The notes beneath the pieces were generated by a model, which had not been told where the DNA came from, ran no database searches, and saw nothing but the letters and a program-made list of their open reading frames with translations. Positions 10,058 through 18,630 of a stretch of DNA of 64,000 bases are shown in pieces; the first letter of the stretch is position 1; the number at the start of each line of letters is the position of its first letter. This DNA is from an uncultured Chroococcidiopsis sp. (GTDB taxonomy: Bacteria > Cyanobacteriota > Cyanobacteriia > Cyanobacteriales > Chroococcidiopsidaceae). Location of the stretch: the NCBI GenBank assembly GCA_964248365.1, contig CAXTYC010000002.1:262547-326546 (forward strand), read 5' to 3'. A program made the translations under genes and the position numbers.

Positions 10058-10765
10058 TCAAACTTCTGGTTCTATTCCAGCCGCCCTAAGTTGTGCGGCT
10101 AATCTTTCCGCTTTTTCTGCTAACTGTTGAGATTTTTCCGCGCCCCAAAGCAAGAGTTGCCCATTTTCATCCCACCACCTCAACCAATAACCTGTCCGAT
10201 TTTCCCTGGTTCCTTGCCATCTTCCCAGAAATAGACCGATTTGAGCAATCCAGTAGCGGTTATTAGCATCGGGATCTTGTAGCTGATATCTTCCCAAATC
10301 ATCCAATTGATAGATTTCTAAATCCCCTGCATCTGGTTCAAAGATAACGTAGTTGGGAACTTGTAGGACTCGCTCATAGAAAAACCATTTACCAGGAGGG
10401 TAAGTAGGTTTATTGGAATACTCGCTACCTTCGGTATCCGAGAGAAACTCCATCACGATTGCTGGTATATCACCTTGAAGTTGGGGTGTATAACTGCGCT
10501 TGACTTCTTCCCTCCCAACTCGAATATTTGGTATGTATGCCCAGTCTGGCGCTTTCACCACCATTTTTTGATTCACCGTTGCACAGATACCATAGTTGGT
10601 AGTAGTTAGCGCATTCGTAGGTAGCTTTCCATTGATTTCCAAGCTTTCAGTTACAGCCGCAGCGAGAGACGGCTGATTAATGTTGTCCACTGGTTCATCA
10701 TCTAAAACAAAATCATCCGGTAACTTTTCCCAGGTAATTTGGTAATGAGCGGTACTGGCTAACAT
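10058..10765 (-). CDS. Uma2 family endonuclease-like protein
   Basis: WEKLPDDF.L.DEPVDN, KAPDW, VMEFLS, GKWFFYE and the C-terminal AERLAAQLRAAGIEP coiled tail. Confidence 0.9.
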   Translation of the reverse strand: MLASTAHYQITWEKLPDDFVLDDEPVDNINQPSLAAAVTESLEINGKLPTNALTTTNYGICATVNQKMVVKAPDWAYIPNIRVGREEVKRSYTPQLQGDIPAIVMEFLSDTEGSEYSNKPTYPPGKWFFYERVLQVPNYVIFEPDAGDLEIYQLDDLGRYQLQDPDANNRYWIAQIGLFLGRWQGTRENRTGYWLRWWDENGQLLLWGAEKSQQLAEKAERLAAQLRAAGIEPEV

Positions 10766-11021
10766 GGTTGAGTTTAGGAGAGTAGGCGATCGCGTTTTAT
10801 ATAGTTAGAAATTACTTTTGGCTCAAATGCAAGCGTTTTGTGAAACACAAACCTATGAGCAAGATATCTCAGCCTCAACATCTTGATAAGCATCAAGGAT
10901 CGCGCGCCTCATAACTATGATTATCCTCCTTTTGTTTGGGTAAAGCGAATGCTAGAGTTAAATCCCCTACACTAGCTATAGATTAGTAGGTAATTGATTT
11001 TATACAACTTTAGTAACTTCA

Positions 11022-11549
11022 ATGCGCGAACCTACTTTAAAAATCATGCCCCTACTGCTACGCTTACTGAGTCTAATTTTAATTTTGAGCCTTGCCTTTT
11101 TCTGGGTGATGCTATCAGCCAAACCAGCTTTAGCCCAATTAAACACAATTAACTACACCAATACCAATCTTGAAAACCGCGACTTCTCCAACGCCGATTT
11201 AGTTGGAGGAGTATTTGTAGCAGCCGAAATGCGAGGAGCAAACTTTCAGGGAGCAAACTTAACAAATGCTATGCTCACCAAAGGAGTATTACTCAAAGCG
11301 AATCTAGAAGGAGCAAACTTGACAGGTGCTTTAGCTGATCGCGTCACCTTGGATAGTGCAAACCTGACAAACGCCATCTTGACTGATGCCAACTTAACTC
11401 GTTCTAGATTCTACGACGCAAAAATCACAGGTGCAGACTTTACCGATGCCTTGATCGATCGCTACCAGGTAACTCAACTGTGTGAAAGAGCAGATGGCGT
11501 AAATCCCGTCACAAAAGTTTCAACCCGCGAAAGCTTAGGCTGTAGATAA
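11022..11549 (+). CDS. Pentapeptide-repeat protein (thylakoid-lumen/exported type)
   Basis: Signal peptide ending PALA, A(D/N)LXX repeats, and C-terminal [22 protein letters not shown]. Confidence 0.9.
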   Translation: MREPTLKIMPLLLRLLSLILILSLAFFWVMLSAKPALAQLNTINYTNTNLENRDFSNADLVGGVFVAAEMRGANFQGANLTNAMLTKGVLLKANLEGANLTGALADRVTLDSANLTNAILTDANLTRSRFYDAKITGADFTDALIDRYQVTQLCERADGVNPVTKVSTRESLGCR

Positions 11550-11550
11550 T

Positions 11551-11700
11551 TAGGGGCTAGGGGCTAGGGGCTGGGGGCTAGGGAAACAAAGCAGAGGGAC
11601 TATAGTATAAACTTTTTACCTTAGCGCCTTTGCGCGGACACGTTACGGGGGCGGGGGGAACCCCCGCACCTGGGTGTCCAAGTCTATTGCGCGACATAAA
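11551..11700. repeat. Composite repeat: (TAGGGGC)n STRR plus a small dispersed hairpin element
   Basis: TAGGGGC tandem copies, then GGACAC...GCGGGGGGAACCCCCGC...GTGTCC (11636-11679) embedded in CTTAGCGCCTTTGCG...GCGCGACATAA. Confidence 0.65.
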
Positions 11701-11761
11701 TCTAAAATTTTATAGCCTCAAGTTGCACAGAGTGTCAAAATAGTCCTTAAATTCACCTCGC

Positions 11762-12523
11762 TTGAGACACATGACAATGCATCCTCTACTCCAAAGCGCA
11801 TTTGAGCAAAAACGGGCGTTGAAAGTTATTAGCGGCTTGAATAATTTCGATTTTCAGCACGTAGGCGCTATAGTAACAGCAGCCGATCGCGGCGGTGCTA
11901 CTTTTGTCGATATTGCTGCTGATGCTGACTTGGTGCGCTTAGTTCGTAACTTGACAAATTTACCAATTTGTGTATCAACCGTCGAGCCAGAGAAATTTGT
12001 AGCAGCAGTAGCAGCAGGGGCTGATTTGATTGAAATCGGTAACTTCGATAGCTTCTATGCCCAAGGACGCAGATTTGAGGCAGAAGAAGTACTTGCGCTT
12101 ACATGGCAAACGCGATCGCTCCTACCCAACATTACCCTATCTGTTACCGTACCCCACATTTTGGAACTCGACCAACAAGTACACTTAGCAGAGGAACTAG
12201 TAAAAGCTGGGGCTGATATTATTCAAACCGAAGGTGGCACTAGCAGCAAACCAGCGCATTCCGGTACGAGGGGAATGATCGAAAAGGCTTCCCCCACTCT
12301 AGCAGCTGCCTATGAAATTTCAAAGCAAGTCACAGTACCAGTATTGTGCGCTTCGGGTATATCAAACGTGACTGCTCCCCTGGCGATCGCCGCAGGTGCA
12401 GCGGGTATTGGTGTCGGTTCTGCCATTAACCAACTCAACAGCGAAGTAGCGATGATTGCTGCTGTACGTGGCTTAGTCGAAGCTTTAGAAATTAGCCGCT
12501 CTGTTATAGGGGCTAGGGGCTAG
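11762..12523 (+). CDS. DUF561/Ycf23 family protein
   Basis: LKVISGLNNFD, GATFVDIAAD, IEIGNFDSFY and IQTEGGTSS motifs. The actual start is probably one of the downstream ATGs. Confidence 0.88.
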   Translation: MRHMTMHPLLQSAFEQKRALKVISGLNNFDFQHVGAIVTAADRGGATFVDIAADADLVRLVRNLTNLPICVSTVEPEKFVAAVAAGADLIEIGNFDSFYAQGRRFEAEEVLALTWQTRSLLPNITLSVTVPHILELDQQVHLAEELVKAGADIIQTEGGTSSKPAHSGTRGMIEKASPTLAAAYEISKQVTVPVLCASGISNVTAPLAIAAGAAGIGVGSAINQLNSEVAMIAAVRGLVEALEISRSVIGARG

Positions 12524-12654
12524 GGGCTAGGTGCTAGGGGCTAGTAAGAGGATGGGGAGAGGGGGAGAGGGGGAGAATTATGAATTTCGACTTCTGACTT
12601 CTGCCTTCTGCCTTCCGACTTCTTCCCTAGTCCCCAGCCCCAAGCCCCTAGTCC

Positions 12655-13794
12655 CTAGTTCAAACAGTCTTTGAGGCTATAAATCACCTGCTCTTGTTGC
12701 AGGGTGGTAAGTTCGGGGAAAATGGGCAGGGATAAAACCTCTAGACTTGCTTGTTCTGCAACGGGAAAACGCCCCCTTTGATAGCCTAAATCTTTGTATA
12801 CGGGCTGCAAATGTAAAGGGATGGGATAGTAAACCATTGAACCAACGCCTTGTTGTTGCAACTGTTCGCGCACCTTATCCCGCCACTCGCCTCTTGCCTC
12901 TAGCCCCTCGCCTTTTTGCACACGAATGGTATATTGATTCCAAACGCCTTTACCGCCTGGTAGTTCTTGGGGGGTGACGATGTTAGGAAACAAACTCAGA
13001 TACTGATGGTAACGTGAGGCGATCGCCCGTCTTTGTTCATTCCAGGTATCTAGATATCGTAACTTTACCTGAAGAATTGCAGCCTGCAATGAATCCAAAC
13101 GGCTATTGATGCCAATTTCTTCATGATGGTAACGACTTGTTTCGCCATGCACTCGTAATGTTCTAATCTTATGTGCGATCGCCGGATCGTTGGTTGTCAC
13201 CGCACCCCCATCACCGCAAGCACCCAAATTCTTAGTAGGGTAGAAACTAAAACAGCCAATATGTCCAATACTACCTACTTGTTGCCCTTGAAACAATGCT
13301 CCTGTAGACTGGGCGCAATCTTCGATTACTGCGAGTTTGTGGGATGAAGCGATCGCCATCAGTGCAGTCATATCTACTGGCTGCCCGTATAAGTGGACTG
13401 GGATAATTGCTTTAGTATGTGCTGTAATTGCAGCTGCTACTTGTGAAACGTCAAGATTAAAAGTTTGGGCATCAATATCAACAAACACAGGTGTCGCCCC
13501 CACTGCACTGATTACCTCAGCCGTAGCGAAAAAGGTGAAAGGTGTAGTGATTACCTGATCGCCAGCACCAATTCCTAAAGCCCGCAGAGCCAGATAAAGT
13601 GCATCTGTACCAGAATTACAAACTACACAATCTGATACACCTATATAATCGCTAAATTGTTGCTCAAAGCCCAAAACATACGCACCACCGACATAACCAC
13701 CAGAAGCAAGCACCCCTAACACAAGATCGTCAACTTCTGCTGCAATATTTTTGTACTGCTGTGCCAAATTTAGAATCGGAATAGAATTATTCAC
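12655..13794 (-). CDS. DegT/DnrJ/EryC1/StrS PLP-dependent sugar aminotransferase
   Basis: NSGTDAL, PVHLYGQ, IEDCAQ, SFYPTKNLGACGDGG and NSRLD motifs. Confidence 0.93.
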   Translation of the reverse strand: MNNSIPILNLAQQYKNIAAEVDDLVLGVLASGGYVGGAYVLGFEQQFSDYIGVSDCVVCNSGTDALYLALRALGIGAGDQVITTPFTFFATAEVISAVGATPVFVDIDAQTFNLDVSQVAAAITAHTKAIIPVHLYGQPVDMTALMAIASSHKLAVIEDCAQSTGALFQGQQVGSIGHIGCFSFYPTKNLGACGDGGAVTTNDPAIAHKIRTLRVHGETSRYHHEEIGINSRLDSLQAAILQVKLRYLDTWNEQRRAIASRYHQYLSLFPNIVTPQELPGGKGVWNQYTIRVQKGEGLEARGEWRDKVREQLQQQGVGSMVYYPIPLHLQPVYKDLGYQRGRFPVAEQASLEVLSLPIFPELTTLQQEQVIYSLKDCLN

Positions 13795-14011
13795 GCTTTG
13801 AACCGTAAGTTTTTTATCTTAGTTAATCAAATCAAAGTTTTTACCGCAAGAAAATTCTGGTTTTACTGGTAGTTGGTAGTTGGTAGTTGGTGAAAGGGGA
13901 AAAGGGTAAAGGGAAAAGGTAAAAGGTAATTTCTCCCACTCTCCCCTACTCCCTACTCCCTACTGGGTTTCCCATTTTCTTTTACTGTTTCGAGGGCTGC
14001 GTTGTGGAATT

Positions 14012-14788
14012 ATGGATAACTTAATTAAGCTAGATTGGGTAGATTTGGTTTTAGCTATAGGGCTGATGGCGATCGCTATTGGTTTATCTGCTTGGCAGCG
14101 ATTAGGGCTAGAGTGGAGTTTGGCGATCGCAACACTTAGAACTATTTTCCAGTTACTCTTAGTCGGCTCTATCTTGCAAATCATCTTTGAGCTAGACAAT
14201 CCTTGGGCTGTTTTAGCAATCTTGGCTGTGATGCTAACGATTGCTGCTGTTGTTGCCCGCAATAGAATTGGTAAAAAGTATCCTCTGGTTTTACCCTTAG
14301 TCTGGGGTTCAATTTTCCTCAGTACTGCTTTAACCCTGTGCTACACAACCGTGCTGATCGTTCAACCAGCCAAATGGTATAATCCACAATATCTAATTCC
14401 CCTAGCTGGAATTGTATTTGGAAATGCCATCAATGGAGCAGCGATCGCGGGAGAACGTTTTGTCAGCACGATCAACGCCAGTCAGCTAGAAATTGAAACT
14501 CATTTGAGCTTAGGTGCAACACCCCAAATTGCAGTAGCACAGTATCGCAAAGATGCCATTCGAGCCGGATTGATTCCCAACCTCAACCAAATGATGGTAG
14601 TCGGTATAGTCACTCTACCAGGAATTATCACAGGTCAATTGTTAAGTGGAGTGAACCCACTCGATGCAGCTTCCTACCAAATATTAATCATGTTCATGCT
14701 TGCCTTTGCCAACCTCTTGACAGCCGTCTTAGTTACTCAAGGGCTTTGTCGCCAGTTTTTCAACTCAGCCTCCCAGTTAGTTCGGTAA
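14012..14788 (+). CDS. FetB/UPF0014 ABC transporter permease (iron-export type)
   Basis: Hydrophobic protein with RTIFQLLLVG, PQYLIPLAGIVFGNA and GIVTLPGIITGQLLSGVNPLDAASYQI motifs. Confidence 0.88.
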   Translation: MDNLIKLDWVDLVLAIGLMAIAIGLSAWQRLGLEWSLAIATLRTIFQLLLVGSILQIIFELDNPWAVLAILAVMLTIAAVVARNRIGKKYPLVLPLVWGSIFLSTALTLCYTTVLIVQPAKWYNPQYLIPLAGIVFGNAINGAAIAGERFVSTINASQLEIETHLSLGATPQIAVAQYRKDAIRAGLIPNLNQMMVVGIVTLPGIITGQLLSGVNPLDAASYQILIMFMLAFANLLTAVLVTQGLCRQFFNSASQLVR

Positions 14789-14795
14789 GGGGCGC

Positions 14796-14924
14796 GTAGG
14801 GGCATTATATGCCATGCCCGTACAATCAAGGGCATTATATGCCATGCGCGTACAATCGGTGTAGGGGCGGGTTTATAGATAGATCTCACCTGAACACAGA
14901 TCAACTGGTTAAACCCGCCCCTAC
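14796..14924. repeat. REP cluster: 30-bp-period tandem duplication plus a 64-bp REP doublet
   Basis: GGGCATTATATGCCATGC(C/G)CGTACAATC at 14800-14827 and 14830-14857, then the inverted repeat GTAGGGGCGGGTTTA (14861-14875) / TAAACCCGCCCCTAC (14910-14924). Confidence 0.8.
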
Positions 14925-15051
14925 GATAATGCGGTTGTGCAAACGAACTAGATGTTACGAATTACCCACAACGGGAACCGAGGAAATGTAGAATATCGTC
15001 ACCGCCTAAATCCTTTTTTCCCAGGCTGATGGAAATCAGAAAATTATTCAA

Positions 15052-15861
15052 ATGAAAGAGCAAGCGGATCTGAATGAATATAAACAGCAAGTAATAGCAG
15101 ACTTCAATGGGAGAACTAACTATGACAATGAATTTCGTTACCGTTTTGCTGATCCTCTAGTCAAGTTAGCCCAACTACAAAAAGGACAACACGTTCTAGA
15201 TATAGCAACAGGTACAGGTATAGTAGCGATCGCAGCTGCACAAATTGTAGGTTCTGAAGGTAAAGTAGTTGGGGTGGATATCTCCTCTGGTATGCTTGCT
15301 CAAGCACAACGAAAAGTAGAAGCAGCAGGTTTACAAAACGTTGAATTAATCGAAGCAGATGCAGATTATCTAAACTTTCCCAATGACAGCTTTGATGCGA
15401 TTTTGTGTTCTAGTGCGATCGCCTACTTAACAGATATTCCCGCTTCCCTACGACAATGGTATCGCTTCACCAAACCAGGTGGAATTGTAGCTTTTTCTTG
15501 CCTTGCCCAAACAGCTATTACCGCGTCGATCTTATTTCGGTCAAAGGCGCAAAAATATGGTATTACAATTCCTAATCCCAACGAAATCCTTGGTACACCC
15601 GAAAAATGCCAAAACCTGCTACAGTCAGCAGGCTTTCAACAGATCAAAATAGTAACACAACAGTTTGGCGGTTATTTTACCACTGCACAACACGCTTGGC
15701 AAGCAAATGCTAATAGTGCCTATGGTTTTCAAGTGTTTCAACTTGCACCAGACAAATTAGAGCAACTAAAAGCCGAATACATTGCACAAATTGAAGCTTT
15801 AGCCACCGATCCCGAATTCGGGAATGATTTTACCACCTTCTTTGTTTTAGCTCACAAGTAG
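15052..15861 (+). CDS. Class I SAM-dependent methyltransferase (UbiE-like)
   Basis: VLDIATGTG, VGVDIS and FDAILC...KPGG motifs. Confidence 0.9.
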   Translation: MKEQADLNEYKQQVIADFNGRTNYDNEFRYRFADPLVKLAQLQKGQHVLDIATGTGIVAIAAAQIVGSEGKVVGVDISSGMLAQAQRKVEAAGLQNVELIEADADYLNFPNDSFDAILCSSAIAYLTDIPASLRQWYRFTKPGGIVAFSCLAQTAITASILFRSKAQKYGITIPNPNEILGTPEKCQNLLQSAGFQQIKIVTQQFGGYFTTAQHAWQANANSAYGFQVFQLAPDKLEQLKAEYIAQIEALATDPEFGNDFTTFFVLAHK

Positions 15862-15862
15862 A

Positions 15863-15949
15863 CGTTGCACAATCAACAGATATTATTCTTTGTCTTTCTT
15901 AGCGTCTTAGCGTCTTTGCGTGACACTATCCTCCAAACTTTGTGCAACG
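15863..15949. repeat. Small MITE-like element with 10-bp terminal inverted repeats between convergent genes
   Basis: CGTTGCACAA (15863-15872) / TTGTGCAACG (15940-15949) enclosing CTTAGCGTCTTAGCGTCTTTGCGTGACA. Confidence 0.6.
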
Positions 15950-15953
15950 CCGA

Positions 15954-16166
15954 CTAAGATGGGGCGGGAACAGGATCAAGTTCAGGTACTACATCCGGTT
16001 CAGACGTAGGAACTGGTTCTGGATCTGGTTCTTCGGGGGTCGATGGAGAATCGGGAACTGGTTCGGGATCTGGTTCCGGTGAAGGAACCGGATCGAGTGC
16101 AGGGTTTCCGGTAATCCCCATCAGATAAAAGCAAAGAATTGTGAAGAGTAGTTGAGGAAATAGCAT
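15954..16166 (-). CDS. Small Pro/Glu/Asp-rich protein with hydrophobic N-terminus
   Basis: ATG 16166 is preceded by AGAAGG. The 70-aa product is MLFPQLLFTILCFYLMGITGNPALDPVPSPEPDPEP..., starting 16 bp after the upstream gene's stop. Confidence 0.6.
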   Translation of the reverse strand: MLFPQLLFTILCFYLMGITGNPALDPVPSPEPDPEPVPDSPSTPEEPDPEPVPTSEPDVVPELDPVPAPS

Positions 16167-16182
16167 AGTTGACCTTCTATAA

Positions 16183-16710
16183 CTATGAACTACTTTGCCC
16201 ACTTAATGGGGCTTCGATCTTCTCGTGTTCACCTAAATTATCAATCGGCGTACCCGTAATAACCGACTTCAAAAAGCCTACTAGACGCACAACTTTGCTA
16301 GATGGTGAATCCCAGTATTCGGCTTTATTAACGCTAACCTTCAGTAGTGCCAGATTTGGATCTTCCAATCCTTGGGGAAACCAGGCTTTGAACAGAGGAT
16401 TCCACAATTGTTCTATTTTAGAGCGATCGCGCACAAGCGTTGCAGTACCCGATACAGAAACATACTTTTGTTTATCTGGTTCGGCGTAACTAACGTTAAC
16501 GTGTTGATCGTGTTCAACTTCATGAACTTTAGGTGCATCGGCTGAGGTAAAAAACCACAAATCGCCATCATACTCGACTTCTTGCGTTGCCATCGGACGA
16601 CTGCGTAAACTGCCATCATCCTCAATCGTCGTCAGCATAGCAAACCTGATATCTTTGATCAATTCACGCAACTTCTTGATGTTTTCTTCGTGGTTGTGAT
16701 TTTCTGTCAT
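16183..16710 (-). CDS. General stress protein 26 / pyridoxamine-5'-phosphate oxidase-like FMN-binding protein
   Basis: FAMLTT..DG.LRSRPM, DGDLWFFT, YVSVSG.A, AWFPQG.EDP and AEYWD motifs. Confidence 0.9.
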   Translation of the reverse strand: MTENHNHEENIKKLRELIKDIRFAMLTTIEDDGSLRSRPMATQEVEYDGDLWFFTSADAPKVHEVEHDQHVNVSYAEPDKQKYVSVSGTATLVRDRSKIEQLWNPLFKAWFPQGLEDPNLALLKVSVNKAEYWDSPSSKVVRLVGFLKSVITGTPIDNLGEHEKIEAPLSGQSSS

Positions 16711-16819
16711 TACTTTGCTATTTTTCCGTTGTATTTCTCAAAAAGCGATCGCACTTTTCTTTAAAACAACAGATAACATTCTCTTTTGGGCTGCAAGTCT
16801 ACCCACAGAAGTGTTTCTT

Positions 16820-17509
16820 CTAATTATCACTTTGCCGATTCCCCAACCACTTCCAGACAATTGGTAACAGAGATACCACTGCTAGCACACCCAAACCGCC
16901 TACCAGGGGTAATGGTGCGCCACCCGTTGCAGCTTCTAATCCACCGTATCCCAGCCAAGTGTAGGCAAAAGTTCCTGGTACAATTCCAATTAAAGTTGCC
17001 CCTACGTAAGCTGGTAGAGCAATAGGTGTAAGTCCAAGTAAATAATTAACAGCAATAAATGGAAAGATGGGAGAAAGCCGAATTGAGAGAACAAACCAAA
17101 AACCGTCTTGTTCAATTCCTTGACGCAAAAAGGGAAGGAGATCGCCTTTTTCAAATTGCTGTCTCGCCCAATTTCCTGCGATGAAACGGGCGATTAAAAA
17201 TGCGCCTGTCGCCCCCAATGTAGCGCCCACCACCGTCCATAAAGTTCCGAACACAGTGCCAAATATTGCCCCTGCCCAGAGAGTTAATATTGAAGCAGGA
17301 AAGGCAAGAATGGTGGCGATCGCGTAAATTAAAATAAATCCTATAGGTGCAATTCCCGCTTGTTTTTGTAATAAGCGTATATTTTCAGGTTTAATCCAAG
17401 TAGCAATTGGTGTTAATTTGAATCCGATTAAAGCAACTATAATTAACATTGCTCCAATTAGCGATCGTACCCATAAATATTTATTGTTTGAATCTTGTTT
17501 TTTTAACAC
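16820..17509 (-). CDS. TVP38/TMEM64 (DedA/SNARE-associated) membrane protein
   Basis: FPASILTLWAGAIFG, GATLGATGAFLIAR, RLSPIFPF..NYLLGLT and GIVPGTFAY motifs. Confidence 0.92.
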   Translation of the reverse strand: MLKKQDSNNKYLWVRSLIGAMLIIVALIGFKLTPIATWIKPENIRLLQKQAGIAPIGFILIYAIATILAFPASILTLWAGAIFGTVFGTLWTVVGATLGATGAFLIARFIAGNWARQQFEKGDLLPFLRQGIEQDGFWFVLSIRLSPIFPFIAVNYLLGLTPIALPAYVGATLIGIVPGTFAYTWLGYGGLEAATGGAPLPLVGGLGVLAVVSLLPIVWKWLGNRQSDN

Positions 17510-17612
17510 ATTCGTTGTATTCTATTTATAATTGCTTGCCAGATATTTATATATTCAATATTTCTTGTAGGGTGGGCATTGGTGGCTAAGCATACTCGTC
17601 GATCGCATCTGA

Positions 17613-18599
17613 CTACACCAAAGCACCACCACAGCTAGAACCACTTCCTGCGGTGCAACCATAGCAATAAGGTGCAGTTTGTATCTCATCAATTAAATTC
17701 AAAGTTCCAGCCGCCAACAACTTGCCAACCGTTAAAGTTTCTCCATCACGAGTTAAGGCAGGCAAATTCATCATCTGGTTAAAGTCACAATCGTAAATGT
17801 TGCCCAGATAGTCTACAGAAATTTCATCTTTGCACATTAAATGCTCAACTGTACCAGGATTAAAATTTGACTCTAAAAACTGCAAGTAAGGAGCATATAT
17901 TTTCTTGCGTTGTAAATGTGTCAACGTGCGTCCAACTGGTATATTAGTAATAGTAAATAGGTTGTTAAATACAATGTTAAATTTTTCTTGCAAGAAAGTT
18001 TTGTAATCTTGTTCTAATTTTTTTTGTTCTGGGGTTAGGGAAAAGTTCTCACTATTAGGCAATTGGGGATTGTACACCAAATCTAAAATTAAATCCTCTT
18101 CTTTTCCATAGCCCAAGTTATTTAGCCATTGCAGTGCTTTAATTGAAGCATCAAATACTCCTATTCCTCGCAGCTTATCAACATTATCTGCTAAATAGCA
18201 GGGCAAAGAAGCAACTATTCTTAGCTTATTGTGAGCGCAATATTCAGGAATATCACCAAATCCAGGCTCAAAATAGATAGTTAAATTCGACCTAACAATT
18301 ACTTGTTTACCTGTAGATCGTGCTGCTTCTACTATTGGTTTGAAGCCATAATTCATCTCTGGTGCGCCACCAGTAAGATCGACAATTTTAATTTCGGGAA
18401 ATTGATAAATTAGCTCAATTATTTTTTGACAAATTTCTGGGGAAAGTTCTTCAGTTCGTTTTGGTCCTGCTTCTACATGACAGTGACTACAAGCAAGGTT
18501 ACAACGTTTGCCCAGATTAATTTGTAAAACCTTGATTTTGCTTTTAGTTAAAGGGGAATTTAACTTTTTTTTAAAAGGTGTTACTGCTGTTTGAATCAT
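17613..18599 (-). CDS. arsS: Arsenosugar-biosynthesis-type radical SAM protein (radical SAM + DUF3641 C-terminus)
   Basis: LQINLGKRCNLACSHCHVEAGPKRTE (CxxxCxxC), VDLTGGAPE, ASLPCY, LMCKDEISVDYLGNIYDCDFNQM and CYGCTAGSGSSCGGAL. Confidence 0.88.
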   Translation of the reverse strand: MIQTAVTPFKKKLNSPLTKSKIKVLQINLGKRCNLACSHCHVEAGPKRTEELSPEICQKIIELIYQFPEIKIVDLTGGAPEMNYGFKPIVEAARSTGKQVIVRSNLTIYFEPGFGDIPEYCAHNKLRIVASLPCYLADNVDKLRGIGVFDASIKALQWLNNLGYGKEEDLILDLVYNPQLPNSENFSLTPEQKKLEQDYKTFLQEKFNIVFNNLFTITNIPVGRTLTHLQRKKIYAPYLQFLESNFNPGTVEHLMCKDEISVDYLGNIYDCDFNQMMNLPALTRDGETLTVGKLLAAGTLNLIDEIQTAPYCYGCTAGSGSSCGGALV

Positions 18600-18630
18600 A
18601 TCACTTGTGAATTTTATATTTGGGTTGGAT

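Noticed and set aside
9393..10765. Convergent pair of Uma2 nucleases as a defence system
   Set aside because: Uma2/DUF820 paralogues are highly expanded in cyanobacteria, and no methyltransferase or other partner gene is present.
14796..14924. Repeat cluster considered as a mini-CRISPR
   Set aside because: Only two adjacent 28-bp copies with a 2-bp gap plus an inverted REP pair. No spacer architecture and no cas genes in the window.
17613..17680. Possible selenocysteine at the C-terminal GSSxGG motif of ArsS (some family members are selenoproteins)
   Set aside because: The codon is TGT (Cys) and the ORF reads through to GGALV*. There is no in-frame TGA.
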